NCBI RefSeq assembly: GCF_009914755.1
Contig: NC_060936.1
Reading direction: 5' to 3' (one strand)
Length of the DNA stretch: 64,000 nucleotides
Source: the human T2T-CHM13v2.0 reference genome, Homo sapiens
Shown here piece by piece: positions 30,061 to 46,684 of this stretch (within the stretch, counting starts at the first letter, position 1; the number at the start of each line of letters is the position of its first letter). The translations under genes and the position numbers were made by a program. Under the pieces are notes generated by a model. It was not told the DNA's origin. It ran no database searches and saw only the letters and a program-made list of their open reading frames with translations.

Positions 30061-32091
30061 AAAAAGTAGAAACCTAAAGTTGGCTTAAGGAGTACAGTAA
30101 AAGACTAAGTTGTGTGATGTCATTGAAGCTGTTGGTTAGGACAGTAAGATGGGAGAAAATGGCCAAAACCATGTACTATAGAGAAGTTAAATATTTCTAT
30201 GGACTTTTTTGTGTCCCCATGGGAAAAAAAGATAGTGACATCAGTCCTAGGTGTAGAAACTTAAACATGTTATTCACTTCTCCTCCACGTGGTATTCAGA
30301 GAACAGCATGTTGCTATCACAAAACTACAGGGTATCATTCAGAGAGTGAATTTATCTTATGAAATATATGGACACAAAGACCAAAGAACTGAGATTCACA
30401 CTAGGAGGTCTTTGATGGCTGGAGATGTAAATTAATATGTATTTGTTTCTATCACATAGTGAGGTCTTCAGTACCTCCTTAGTTCTTAAATGCTTTCAAA
30501 TCGAATTGAATCAAACAACTGATTTCACACTCATTCCTCTTATAGCAATGGAAATTGGTGTCTAGAATTGCCTGCTGAACTAACTATTAAGCCTTGCACT
30601 CCCCACTCTACCCCAAAGCAGAATTGGGGGAAATCAGAATCCTTTTAGAAATTGGAGCCTGGCAAAAGAAAGATTCACTCATTCCTATGCTCATTTGTAT
30701 TAAAGGTTTTCTCTTACAAACGTAGCTGCAAAATTGTATTATGTAGAAATATTCATTCAAGAGTGTAGAGTGAGTTAAACTATTTTCCATGTTGGAAAAT
30801 GGTGAAAGACATTTTTCTGCAATCTCATTAAAAGGCCTTTAATTTTATTGTCGTTTTCATCCAGGACACTGTAGGTAAATTTGAGGGCATATATTAGAAA
30901 ACCCATAAAAGAGGTTTATAAAGAAGTTCATAATCACATCCTGTTTTAATGCCTTTTGTTTGGTTTAACTTTAAAACTGATTGAAAGTTACTTAAATGGC
31001 CAGAAGCTTTCTGTTGTTCCTAAAATTACGCTAACATGGAAAGTGCAGGCTGATGTGCAGCAGAATTTCAAGTAAATTAATTTCAATTTTCTCAGAAGGA
31101 GGTTTTGCATTATGAAAAAAGTTTCTTATTTCTCTGCTCCTGAAGAAAAATGAACAGATGTAAATTTATTTGTGTAGTTCCAATCAGTCCTCTGCAGATT
31201 TCCAATTACTGTGAGTTAAGAATTATTTCCTAGACACACCAGGAAATATAGTAATATTGTCTTTCACTTAATTTACTTTCTTTCTTGTACAAAACCTAAC
31301 TGTGGTTTCCCCTATATGATGGAAAAGTTACTTAAAGTGTAATTGAAGTTTGAAGGACATCTGGATATTTAGATGATAGTGAATTTAAAAAATGAATGTG
31401 TCATCTGCTGCTTATTTTTTCTTACATATTATTTCTACTAAATAATACATTATTTCTATAGCTAAATTATATCACTCATTTCTTTCAATTCTTTGCTTCA
31501 ATGTTACTCTCTGAATGAGGCCTCCTAGCCAATTCTATTTAAATTAGCAACCCATCTGCCTCTCTCAGACTTCTGTTCCCCTATACTTTATTCTTTAAAA
31601 CATTGCATGTATTACCTTCTAGTGAACTATATAATTTACTACCTATAATGACAAATAATGATATTAAAATTAATGTAAACCTAGTTTACTTTGTATATTG
31701 CTAAAATGTAAGCTTCACCAAAGCATTGTTTTTGTATATATTCTTAGTGTCTGCAATAGTGCTTAGCATATGTGTTCAATAAATATTAGTTGCATGCACA
31801 TTGATTTAGGTACATATGTTTTCCTTAAATTCCTCATGTGTGAAGGGTGTACATAGATTACTTTAGAATCTTTCCTTCTCTCTTTCTCCCTTCTTCTCTC
31901 CCATTTACCCCTGCAGAATTAAAGAATACCTAAGGATGCCCTTTTTGCTTCACATCTCCATTGCTTTTAATCATTGTGCCTCTCATTTCATTTTGCACTT
32001 AGCGACCCTATTGTTACAGATGATAAGCTGAGGGTGTTTCATGGCACAGGGTTTGGGTAAAAGTGATGCCATCTTGCTATTCTGATAATAA

Positions 32092-32507
<416 letters not shown>

Positions 32508-32674
32508 CAGGCATGCACTTTCTTTAACAACAGAAATTTCTGGTTAGAACAATCCAAGTTGTCTTAAGTCTACAGGGTGACTGGGTTTTAACTGCACTGT
32601 TATTCTAAGGACAGCCTTTAAAAGATGGTATTGTGTTTGAGTGTGTCCCCTGTACATTTGCCTGTTTGAAATAA

Positions 32675-33096
<422 letters not shown>

Positions 33097-33551
33097 TCAG
33101 AGTGCAATTTTTAATCAAAAGCAACAATCGATGGCTTGGAAAAATAAGCAAGTTGGCCATTTCTTACGCCCTGTTTTTTTGTTGTTGTTTTGTTTTGTTT
33201 TAAAGAAAAGTCAAGGGAAATAAGACCAGTAGCCTTATTAAATATAAGGGTAGAATGAATAGAAAAGAGAATAGAAGCAAGTGCTGCTGAGTGTATTTGC
33301 CAGTTTTCTCTTAATTTGGCATCTAGATCCCCAGACCTCCATCATTCTGTCAACGTCTCTAAGCCCTTTTTCTCCATTCTTCAGCCTTGTCTACCAATTT
33401 GGCTCCTGCTTCCATGACTGAAGCCGCTAAATGATGCCTATGGCAATGAATTGCTCCTCATTCTCTATGACCACTGAGTTCAGTGAAGGGGGCCATTCCT
33501 TTTCTGCACCAAAATTAAATCAACAAATGCAACTTTAGAAAGATTGTTACA

Positions 33552-33853
<302 letters not shown>

Positions 33854-36766
33854 AGATTGTTATGAATAGTGTTTTTCTTCTAATTCTGAAGTATTCAGGA
33901 TAAACCTTCAAGTGAATTGTTGCTAAGTTGAAAAATCTATTCCAAGCAAAAAAATATATATATAGCTTCAGACTTTCATTTTTGGAACTCATCTTCCTTA
34001 TTTTTAACTTAGAAACTGCTTGTATGACCTAACACCTATTCCCGCTGGTCCATAAGATACATGATACCTTTTCCCCTTTCATAATTTATTGCTTTAACAG
34101 CAGACTTTCATTAGTGCACTGCTGTTAAGGGACAAAGAAAACACCCACTTTGTTGAACATTTATGTTTAAAGTGAGTGCATTGCACTAAATCTCTGTGTG
34201 CCCATGGGGTCATCTCTAACCCAAATTATAACCATATCTGTGATGGAATCTTGCCGTGAAGCCTTTTTTTCTTTTTGTAATTTTTTTGAGTGTGTTGATT
34301 TCTGTAGAATTCTCAAAAGCTATTTTTTTTTTCCTTTTTTCTTCCCTCTGCCTGAACAAACTTGTTTAAGTTAGGTTTTCTGGCTGTGGACTTCCATAGT
34401 GTATCATACTATACCAAAGCATTCAAAGCATATCAACTCAGCATTGGCGCTGCTTTTTAAATAATTTATCTTTTCTAATCATTAAACCTCCATAATGGTA
34501 CTTTCAAAATATGTTTTGAATGAATAAACAAGTCAGTCTAACTACATTGAGTTTTACTGAGCAAGAAAGGTTTTGGCCTATGCTTGTATTCCAGCGTAGG
34601 AGTTCCTCTGCAGTGGTTACACACTCTCCAACTGATAGGTGTTTCTTCTCCAAGAAATTACATAAAGATTAGACGTCCATGTTGGATAGCACCTGCAAAT
34701 AGCAAAGAATAGATAGTAAATCAGTATATAGGTTTAAAGTTAAATCATTTGTGGTTAGTGCCTTTAACTTGTGTTAGATGCTTTTCATTTCTTAATTTTG
34801 TTTGTTTTAAATAAAAATTCTCCCAGAGGATGAAGGAAATACTTGAAAGAGATTTGACTGTGATTCCAGAAGATATATATGGACTTACCAGAGTCATATT
34901 TGTTTTCATGGGAAGGGTAATGGGGAAAGGGGAAAAGTTGCTTTTTTAAAATTTTTTAAATTAAATTATCTGGCAACCTTGTACTTTGGAGGCAGCTCAG
35001 TGAAATACTTCAGAGCATGTCTTTGGCTTTAAACAGACTTGGCTTCAAATCATTCATTTATTGGTCCTGTGTCTGACCTTAGGCAAATTATTTAATCCTT
35101 ATTCTTCATCTGCAACATTGGGTTGAGTTGCATTATATAATATAAGAGACGTTAATATAATGTCTAGAAATTTGATATAATTATATGATAATAAAATCTG
35201 AAGAGTTTGTTAGCTGGTAATTTTATTCTATTTCTTAGTGTTCCCTGGCTATGCCATTTTGGGGCTATGTCTTATCTCACTGGCAACCACGTCCATGAAG
35301 AGGAGTGAGTCCAAAGCACAAGAGTAACTCAAGGAAACCCCTTTATAAGTGTATTGGTTGTGATGCATTTCTTGGTAAAATAGAGGTTGACTGTCATTGG
35401 GAGGCTGCAGTTTATCTCACGATGCAAATTCAAGATGCTTACATGTTGGGAAGTACATGTATAAATAAGAAAAGAAGAGAAATTTGTTGACTGAGATAAT
35501 TAAGAAGCAGTGTGTATATGAACCAGAGAGAAAGGGCGGGTATTAATACTAAGCTAAAAGCAGTCACCTATTCCCAGTGTTGGTGATTTGAAGCCTGATA
35601 CCTCTGAATTTGAATCTCATCTTGAGTCTTGACAGCTACATTATCATGGACAAATTATTTAAATTCTCCTCCTTCATTTTTAGACTCTAAAGTAAAAAGA
35701 ATAATAATTGCTATTGCTAATTGCAAGGGTGGAAAGAAATAATATGAAAAACTTAAACCCCAAGTATTAATCTTTATTACTTCCTGTTGAGTACTGTTTT
35801 TAAACTAGGAAAATATATTCACACCTATTATTTTGACATGTGGAAGAAAATGTAGTCTTAGTTATATATTCAAAAGGTCGGTACAAAGTAAATTATGCAT
35901 ATATGAATATACAATGTAGTTCTCCGAATCCTAGATCCAACAATAACAACTAGCTGCATAGACTTAAGTTGCTTAACCATTCTGATCTTTGAACCCTTCA
36001 TTTTAAGATAAGGTTGATACCTTTATGGGTTCATTGTGAGAAATACATAATAGTTGTAAAGCGTCTTATTCACCACCTGTCACAAAGGTAGTAATGGACT
36101 AATATGGAACATAAAGGCTTATTTAGATGTCATAGTCCATGTTCAATCTCAGGAGAAGCCTCTTTGTAATGAATACTCCATTTAATCAAGACTTCACAAA
36201 CTTTTAAATAAATGATACTGTAGTGAGGATATGTTTCTCTTTCTTTAGACTCTTAAGGAAAAACTCATATAAAAATTATTTTCAAAAGCTGCAACTTGTT
36301 ATTTCTCTAATAATGTTAAAGAATAACGTTTTTGGCAATCCATCTGAAATAATTAAAAAGTCATTTAGATTGAATGCCTACTGTTTCATATTTAACAGGT
36401 TAGAATTTAAAAAAAGAACTTTATGAAAGACAGTGGCATTATTATACTTTATTTAGTTGTCCAAGTCTAAACAAAATTCAATTTAGAACAAATAATTAGG
36501 TCTGTGTCAAAAGAAGGATACCAGAGAGAGGGCTTAACTGTATTTTCTGACACCTACTTTGCAGTTTTGTGACACAAGTGACACACTCTGAAACAGATTT
36601 CAGCTTTGGAGACCTATGTAATAGAATCATGTGCCCTTATTTACCTAGTTTATGTGTGGCATGGTGGTGGTTTTTCTGTCCATCTCCTTTTTTCCATTTT
36701 TCTTAGTTCAATGAAAGTATAGAGCAGGGAAACAACTAGTTCAATACCCTTCCCAGTGGAATTTAA

Positions 36767-37088
<322 letters not shown>

Positions 37089-37968
37089 TGGAATTTAACC
37101 TTTTAAAGAAGGGTACATCTTTTAATTTTGCTCACAGTACATATGATATGCAAAAATCACATAGAATAACGTAGCAGTATTTTAAAATATGTATTCAATT
37201 ATGCCTTTCACAGCAAGTGTGTTAAGCATTTTTCTAATAACTCGAAAGTACGTGTTTTAAAGAAAGTCGGTCATTTACATTTGCATCCTCTATTAGTGCT
37301 TTTCTATCCAAAACACTCTTAGTTAAAATGTCATTTTTAACCAGTATTTAACATAGTTTAATTAAGGAAAAGAGAAAGGGAGAGAAATAGAGTATATGAT
37401 TTGAGAAAAAAAAATATGAGTAATGAGAATTCTTTTGCTTGGTCCTCGAATACAAAGTCTGCTATCCTAAGATAACCTAAAAGTCACAGAAGTGCTTCAT
37501 GAGACCAGAAACTATAGCTTTGTCTCTGGTATCTCCCGCGGAGCTCAGATTGAATAACTTATATCTCACTGAACTTTTTTTTCTGAGATGAAAATCCTAC
37601 CTGTTTCTATTCTACTTAAAAATTTCTGAGTTCACCTCTTTCTAGTATTTGGATATGAAAAGGATTCATATGCCTTAAAAAAATACTACTAATGTCATTG
37701 TTCTTTTGGACAAACTGATATCTGTGACCACTCTGATGTCTAGGAACTTAATTTAAGAGTTCCAATTTCATACACCTATTACATTCTTAAATTATTTAAT
37801 TTTAATTAAATATTTTAATTCCAAGTTTTATTCTTGGCAGTTGTCTAATCTGGTTATCACTCAAAACCAGACAACTCATACTTTGTATTTATTCGAATGT
37901 AATTAAATGAAGTTTTTATTAAAATTTCTCTATGAGCGCTATATTTGATGTTACATATTTTATAACTT

Positions 37969-38441
<473 letters not shown>

Positions 38442-40548
38442 TAAACCAGTTACACATTTTTTAAATCTGTCTTTTAAAAAGGGAGTCCAGAGATGTGCAG
38501 TCCTTGCTGGTTGGACAGTTTTATAAAGGGCTTAGTTTCCAGGACTTGTGTGTTAGTTTTGGTTTGACCACTACCTCCCTCAACACAGGACTTCTGCCTT
38601 ACAGCTAGCAGCAAAGAGGTGGGGTAAGGGAGGAAGTGCGCTCCTTTCAGGTGATTTCCTAAAGCAATGCAGGATTCTTGTGCTGCTCGTGACATGACCA
38701 AACCTGGCTGCATGTTTGATCGTGGTTCTTTTTATGTTTTCAGTTCCAACACAGTGGCTAGTGCATATTAGTTACTTAATTCCTAAGCTCTTGTGTCTCT
38801 CTAAATTTTGGAATTACTGTAATTAATTCAAGTAGTAGCGACTTATTTACAGTAAGTGAATTTAAAAAGGATTTTGAATTTAATTCCTTTTATTGCCAGT
38901 GTAGTCACTTGAGAATTTTGACTCATATCTATTTTATCAAACAAGATTTGGGAGCATTTGTGTTTCATGAGTGTACCGTGCTATTAAATTATCAGTCCTG
39001 TTGAATGATAGAGATTAAAGATTTATTTTTCCAAGTGTCATATTATAAATGTTGCTTAAAACTAAGCATAATTCTTGGGAAAAAAGTGAGCAAATGTGTC
39101 TGTGTAATCACATTTAACAATTAAGTTATGTAAAATCTCATTACTAAAGCCATTAGCTAAATAAGCAAATTTGATTAGGAAATTTGGATTAATGCAAAGT
39201 TCAAATATGACTGCAACCAATGTTGGTTCATTTCAGTTTGCAAATTTCAAATGCATAAATAACCTTAGGAAAAAATGTGAGTATCTAAAATTTATGTTTT
39301 ATCTCTGAGAAAAAAAAAAACCCTTAGTTTCATAGTCCTTATGTGTGTTAAAGGACAATCAAACGAAATGAAATTCAGAAACATCTTTTAGTTTAAAATG
39401 AACATACTTCTTAAATAACTGGGTATTAAAAATATTTTGTGAATCATTGCCTATAAACATTGTTATCTGACTTATTTTGATTATTATTTTTTTTGTCCAG
39501 GGAATAGCCAGACTATTTATTACTGAAACTCATTCTTGGTAATATAGTCCTAATTTTCATTTGTCTTAGTTTTTTAGTTTCCCAGATGCTTCCTACATAG
39601 ATTTTGTCATTTTATTTTCATGAAGCCTGTTATTATTGCTATTGTTAGGTGAAAAATGCTATCCTCTGTAACTCTTGAGTTTTCGTACACATGGCTTGAT
39701 CTGTCTGGAATGCTCTTGTCGGCATTCCTGACTTGGTCCTTTTTTTTCTCGTCTTCTCTAGGAACTTCACCTCACCTGTTCTCTTGGGTAGGTGTTCCTT
39801 TCATGGGTTCCCAAAACACCTTACATTTTATCATGACCCTCTCTACACAGTATTGTGATTGTTTGCTTGTCTGTCTTCACTGTGAGACAATTCACTGAAA
39901 AATTATTTATTCATTATTTGGTAAGCTCCTTGTCAATGTTTAGTGTATTGTTAAGAGTGCTGCACATTGCACTTTAATGAAATCAAAGCAAGAAAGAAAC
40001 TGTTTATCCTTCAATATTTCCCTGGTTTTGAAGGTATGTGATTCCATGTTAAGCAGAATCCTGTTTCCCTTGCGTGTTGCAGGGACATCAGCTGTGTTAC
40101 TGAAATATGTACTCTTGAAAAGCATACTTTCATCTCCTAATGTGCTTTATTCATATCCACACTTGAACCTCTCAGATTTCAACCACTTTTTAAGACCTTT
40201 GTTAGAACAAGAGGCGAAAGGCCACTTTACTTAAGGATTTGGATGTTTTGATAGTTCTATCTAGAGGGCAGTCTTACTACAAAGAGACACTGACAATTTG
40301 GTCAGATGTATTGTCCGAAGTAGGAAAGGGTGTGCTTTTCTGTTTAATTTTTAGAAAATTTAATTTTTCTTTTACCTTTGTGAAAATAGAAATGGTAGGT
40401 TAGACTTTTTAATGAAAAATAATGTAATCCTTTTAATTTGCTTTTCTGTAGTGTATCTTCTTGTATAGTTGGTGTGTGTGATTAGAAGAGACACAGGGCT
40501 TTATTTTCTGAAGAAATGTATTGTAGTTAGTTGATATGAAATTCTAAT

Positions 40549-40765
40549 CAGGGTTTTTCAACTTTAGTGCTGTTGACATTTTGGGCTAGGTTATTCTTTG
40601 CTGTGGAAGGCTGTTCTGTGCCTTGTAAGATGTTTAAAAGCATTCCTGGACTCTACCCACTAAATGCCAGTTACATTCCCCAAGTTGTGACAAGCGTAAA
40701 TGTCTCCAGACATTGCCAAATATCCCTTGGGGTGGGAGGAAGTCAGTCCTGATTGAGGATCACTG
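40549..40765. mobile_element. MER20 (hAT-Charlie MITE)
   Basis: cagggtttttcaac ... tgacattttgggc ... ctctacccactaaatgccag ... aatgtctccagacattgccaaat ... ttgaggatcactg. Confidence 0.85.
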
Positions 40766-41924
40766 TGCTAAATAAATGTTCCTCTTCTTTCTCTGTCAAT
40801 GTTTAGGATCACCTAGGGACCCATATGCCTATTTACATTTAATGTTTGCGTTCAGCTCTGTCCAATCCACTGTTATTGTGGGTTTGACTGTTCTTTATTA
40901 ATCAAGTGTCCAGATTATTGTGATTTCATAAAATATTATCTTAGACAAAGACAGGGTTGTTAGGGGAGATGGGAGAAAAGATGGGCAAAATGTTCCTAGG
41001 GAAAAGAAATACTACACATGCAGTATTACTAGAACATGTGATGATGATCAGGGGAAAAAAAGAGCTAAAAGGATTTAAAAGACAACATTTTGTTATTTTT
41101 CTTTTTTTAGTAACATGATTTTCTAGAATTTAGGTCTTAGAAATAGTAGTAGTTCATATCTCCAGGTGTATTTTCTTTCTTTGACCAAAACAAATACTGA
41201 TTATTTCTCTTTCCCCAATTATTTTTTCATCACTGTCTGCTTAATTTCATTGTCTGTTGTTCTAAAAGATAAATCATTAGAGGAGAAATCTGAGAAGTAA
41301 AATATTATTTTAAAAATGCTGTAATAATACCCACCTACACATGGATACATAAAATTGACCCTATTACTTATAATTTAAGAGACTGGAAATATTTTTTTTT
41401 CAATTTCTCCCCCAAAAGGCACTTTAAATTCACATTAATATATAGCATGGGCCAGTTTTCTTAATTTTCAGGCAACTCCGTATGATATGGACTTACTGCC
41501 ACATTAAAATACGTTCTTCCACTGTATCAACCTTATGTGAAATCCTTGAGTTGTAAACATGGAAACAAAATAATGATAACTGCTACCAAAAACACACTTA
41601 AGTATATAGCCCACAGACCCTATAAAACAACCACACAATAGAAACTACAAAGCAACAAACTAGTAACTTCATGATAGGATCAAAACCTCACATATTAATA
41701 TTAATCATTAATGTAAGTAGTCTAAATGCTCCACTTAGTCACAGAGTACCAAGTGGAATGAAAAATATATATATATATATGTCTGCTGTCTTCAAGAGAA
41801 ACATCTCACACATAATATGACACCCACAGGCTCATAGTAAAGGGTTGGAGAAAGATGTAGTATGCAGACAGAAAACAAAAAAGAGCAAGAGTCACTATTC
41901 TTCCATCAGATAAAACAGACTTAC

Positions 41925-42222
41925 TTCATTTATTTGTTTGAGACAGAGTCAATGTCACCCAGGCTAGAGTACAATAGTATGATCTCAGCTCACTGCACCC
42001 TCCATCTCCCATGTTCAAGTGATTCTCCTGCCTCAGCCTCCCTCCCAAGTAGCTGGGATTACAGGTGCCCACGACCATGTCTGGCTAATTTTTGTATTTT
42101 TAGTAGAGATGGAGTTTAACCATGTTGACCAGACTGGTATTGAACTCCTGACCTCAGGTGATCCGCCCGCCTTTGCCTCCCAAAATACTAGGATTACAGG
42201 GATGAGCCACTGCACCTGGCCA
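41925..42222 (-). mobile_element. AluS-like inside L1
   Basis: Dimeric Alu. TSD taaaacagactt. Confidence 0.85.
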
Positions 42223-43548
42223 GGTAAAACAGACTTTAAATGAGCATAAGTAAAAAAAGTACAAAGAAGCGCATTCCATAATGTAAAGTGTTCAACAAGA
42301 AGACTTAACTATCCTAAATATGTATGCATTCCACATTGGAACACCCATATTCATGAAACAAGTACTTTGAGACCTACAAAAAGACATAGCCACACAATAA
42401 TAGTGGGGGACTTCAACACCCCACTGACAATGTTAGACAGATCATTGAGGCAGAAAACTAATAAATTCTGGACTTAGATTCAACACTGGACCAACTGGAC
42501 TGATAGATATCTATAGAATACGCTACCAATAAACCACCCAATATACATTCTTCTCATCTGTACATGGAACATCACCCAAGATCGACTACATGCTTGGCCA
42601 TAAAGCAAATCTCACTAAATTAAAAACAAAACTGAAATCATACCACCCACACTCTTGGACCACTCTTGGAATAAAAATAAAAATCATTACCTAGGAGATC
42701 TCTCAAAACCACAGTATTACATGGAAATTGAGCAACTTGCTCCTGAATGACTTTTGGGTAAACAACGAAATTAAAACAGAAATCAAAATTTTTTTAAGTA
42801 AATGAAAACAAAGATGCAACATACTAAAGTCTCTGGGATACAGCAAAAGCCGTGTTAAGAGAAAGTTCATAGTCCCAAATGCCTACCTCAAAAGGCTAGG
42901 AAGATTTTAAATTAATGATCTAACATCAAACCTAAACTAGAAAAACATGAGCAAGCTAACTGCAAAGGCAGAAGAAGAAAGGAAATAACAAAAGTCAAAA
43001 CAGAACTGAATGAATTTGAGACCCCAAAATCTAAAAGAATCAATGAACCCAAAAGTTGGTTTTTTTAAAGGATAAAGAAGATCTATAGACCACTATCAAG
43101 ATTAACAAAGAAAAAAAGAGGGACGATATTAGGTTGGTGCAGAATACAAATAAGTACAAAGAAATATAAAAGATCCTCAGAGACTATTATGAACACTTCT
43201 ATGCAAGCAAACTAGAAAATCCAGAGGAAATGGATAAATTCCTGGAAACACACAGTTTCACAAGATTGAACCTGGAAGAAATAAAAACCTGAACAGACTA
43301 ATACTGACTTTGGAAACTGAGTCAGTAATTAAAAAAAAGAAAAACACAAAAAACAAAAACTTACCTACCAAATAGATCTGGACCAGATAGAGTCACAGCT
43401 GAATTCTACCAGATGTACAAAGAACTGGTACTAATTCTGCTAAAACTATCCCAAAAAATCAAGGAGGTCGGACCCCTCCCTGACTCATTCTATGAAGCCA
43501 GCATCACCCTGATACCAAAACCTGGCAAAGACACAAGGAAGAAAACCA

Positions 43549-43849
43549 GGCTGGGCACAACGGCTCATGCCTGTAATCTCAATACATTGGCAAGCCAAGG
43601 TGAGAGGATCACTTGCCCTCAGTTGTTCAAGACAAGCCTGAACAATACAGCTAGACCTCATCTCTACTAAAAATCAAAAAGTTTACCCAGGTGTGGTAGC
43701 GCACACCTGTAGCCCCAGCTACTGAGGCAGGAGAATCGCTTGAGCCTGGAAAATCAAGGCTTCTGTGAGTTATGATCACACCACTATACTCCAGCCTAGG
43801 TGACAGAGCAAGAGTCTGTCTCAAAAAAAAAAAAAAAAAAACAAAAAAA
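43549..43849 (+). mobile_element. AluJ-like inside L1
   Basis: ggctgggcacaacggctcatgcctgtaatc ... poly(A). Confidence 0.85.
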
Positions 43850-46652
43850 CTACTGACCAATATCCCTAATGAACATAGACACAAAAATCTTCAGTAAAAT
43901 ACTAGTAAACTGAATTGTGCAGTACATTAAAAAGGTAAGTCGCCATGATCAAGTAGGCTTCATTCCTGGGATGCAAGGTTGGTTCAACATGTGCAAATCA
44001 AAAAAATGTGATTCGCCACATAAGTAAAATTAAAAACAAGAATTATATGATTATCTCAGTATATGCAGAAAAAACTTCCAATAAAATTTATCAGCCCTTT
44101 ATAATAAAACCCTCAAGAAACTAGACATTGAGGGAACAAACCTCAACATATTAAGAGCCATCTTTGACACACCCACAGCCAACATCATACTAAGTGGACA
44201 AAAACTGGAAGCATTCTCTTTGAGAACTGGAATAAGAAAAGATGCCGACTCTCACCACTCCTATTCAACATAGTACTGGAACTCCTAGCCAGACCAGTTA
44301 GGCAAGAGAAAGAAATAAAAGGCCTCCAAATAGGAAAAGCAGTCAAACTAACTCTTTACTGATAGCATTAATCTATACTCAGAAAACCCTAAAGACTCTG
44401 CCAAAAGGCTACTGGAACTGATAAATGACTTCAATAAAGTTTCATGATACAAAAATTGATGTAAAACAGTCAGTAGCATTTCTGTACATGAATAATATTC
44501 AAGCTGAGAGGGAAATAAAGAATGCAATCCCATTTACAATAGCCATATACACACACAAAAATATAGGAATATTTCTAACCAAGGAGGTGAAAGTTCTCTA
44601 CAAGTAAAACTACCAAACACTGCTGAAGGAAATCACAGATGACACAAACTATGGAAAAACATTCCATGCTTATGAGTTGGAAGAATCAATATCATTAAAA
44701 TGGTCATACTGCCCAAAGCAATTTACAGATTCAGTGCTATTTCTATCAAACTACCAATGTCAGTTTTCACAGAATTAGAAAAACACTATTCTAATATATG
44801 GAACCAGAAAAGAGCCTGAATAGCCAAAGTAATTCTAAGCAAAAAGAACAAACCCAGAGGCATTGCATTATTCAACCTGAAACTCTACTATAAGGCTGCC
44901 ATAACCAAAACAGCATGGTACTGATACAAAATCAGACACATAGACCAGTGGAACAGAACCTGGAATCCAGAAATAAAGTCTCACATCTACAGCTATCTGA
45001 CCTTCGACAAATTTGACCAAAGTAAGCAATGAGAAAAGGATTTGCTGTTCAGTAAATAATGCTGGGATAGCTGGCTAGCCATATGCATGAAATCAAATTG
45101 GATCCCTCCTTTTCACCATATATAAAAAATTAACTCAAGATGGATTAAAGATTTAAGTGTAAGTCCTCAAAGTGTTAAGAATCCTAGAAGGAAACCTAAG
45201 AGACACCATTCTGACCATAAGCCTTGGGAAAGAATTTCTGACCAAGTCCTCAGAAGACATTGCAACAAAAACAAAAATTAACAAGCAGCACCTAATTACA
45301 GTAAAGAGCTTCAGCATAGCAAAAGAAACTATCAACAGAGTAAACAGACAGCCTACAAAATGAGAGATGTTTGCACACTATGCATCCAACAGAGGTCTAA
45401 TATCCAGAATCTATGAGGAATGTCAATAATTGTACAAGCAAAAGACAACACCATTAAAAACAAAAAAAAGAAAGATATGAGCAGACACTTCAAAAGAAGA
45501 CATGAAAGCTGCCAACAAACATAAAAAATGCTCGACATCACTCATCATCAGAGAAATGCAAATCAAAACCACAGTGAGATACCATCTCACACCAGTCAGA
45601 ATGCTATTATTTAAAAAGTCAAAAAAACAATAGGTGCTGGTGAGACAATGAAGAAAAGGGAATACTTATAAAAACAGTGTGGAGATTTCTCGAAGAACTT
45701 AAAACAGAACTACCATTTGACCCAGCAGTCCTGTTACTGGGTATGTACCCAGAGGAAAATAACTCATTCAATCAAAAAGACACATGCACTCACATGTTCA
45801 TTGCAGCACTAGTCAAAATAACAAAGCTGTGGAATCAATCTAGGTTCTGTTAATGATGGACTGGGTAAAGAAAAGGGGGTAAATCACCAGGGAATACTAC
45901 ACAGCCATAAAAAGTATATAATTATGTATTTTGCTGTAACATGGCTGCAGCTGGAGGCCATTATCCTAAGGAGATTAATGCAGGAACAGAAAACCAAATA
46001 CTGCATGTTTTCACTTGGAAGTGGCAACTAAATATTGGATATTCATGGCCATAAGATGGCAATAAAAGACACTGGGGATTACTAAAGCAGAGAGGGAGGG
46101 AGGAAAGGAGGGAGGGGAGCAATGGTTGAAAAATTAACTAAGTGGTACTATGCTCAGTACCTGGGTGATGGGATCAGTTGTACCGGAAACCACAGCATCA
46201 TGCAATATATACATGTAAGAAACCTGTACATGAACCCCTTGAATCTAAAAAAAATTTTAACAAATATATAGGTATCAGGTTTTTTTAATTTAAAAAAATG
46301 TATAATGTGTTCCTGTTTTTCATATAGAAACCAGAAGATTTGGACATGATCTGCATGTAAACAAACTATGTCATTTTTAAACAGTCATGAAAAGTCATAA
46401 AAAGCCTTTAGTATGAATGATTTATTAAATTACAGGTCCTCATGTATATCCAGACTATTAGGTTTGAATTTTGGCACCTTCTTACCTGTTGTTTGACCTT
46501 AGGTATGTTACTTAACTTTTCTTGCCCAAGGTTCGTTATGTGCAAAATGAAGAAAGTAATAATATCCTACCTCTTAAGATTATTGTTGAATAATAAAGTA
46601 ATATATGTAAAATGCTCCATATATTCTAAGTGCTGAATAAGTTTCTCTGCCA

Positions 46653-46653
46653 C

Positions 46654-46684
<31 letters not shown>
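46653..46684. repeat. (ATT)n microsatellite at the end of a MIR-like segment
   Basis: Directly visible. MIR-like text at ~46440-46640. Confidence 0.85.

Larger units (their letters stand above)
41560..46255 (+). mobile_element. L1PB-like element, ~4.7 kb, 5'-truncated with decayed ORF2, interrupted by two Alus
   Basis: ORF2 start region atgataggatcaaaacctcac at 41671. Fragments [18 protein letters not shown] and IAKETINRVNRQP. 3' end aacctgtacatgaaccccttgaatctaaaa. Confidence 0.9.

Noticed and set aside
41671-45900. L1 ORF2 as a possibly active reverse transcriptase
   Set aside because: Numerous stops and frameshifts, two Alu insertions, and no 5' UTR or ORF1.
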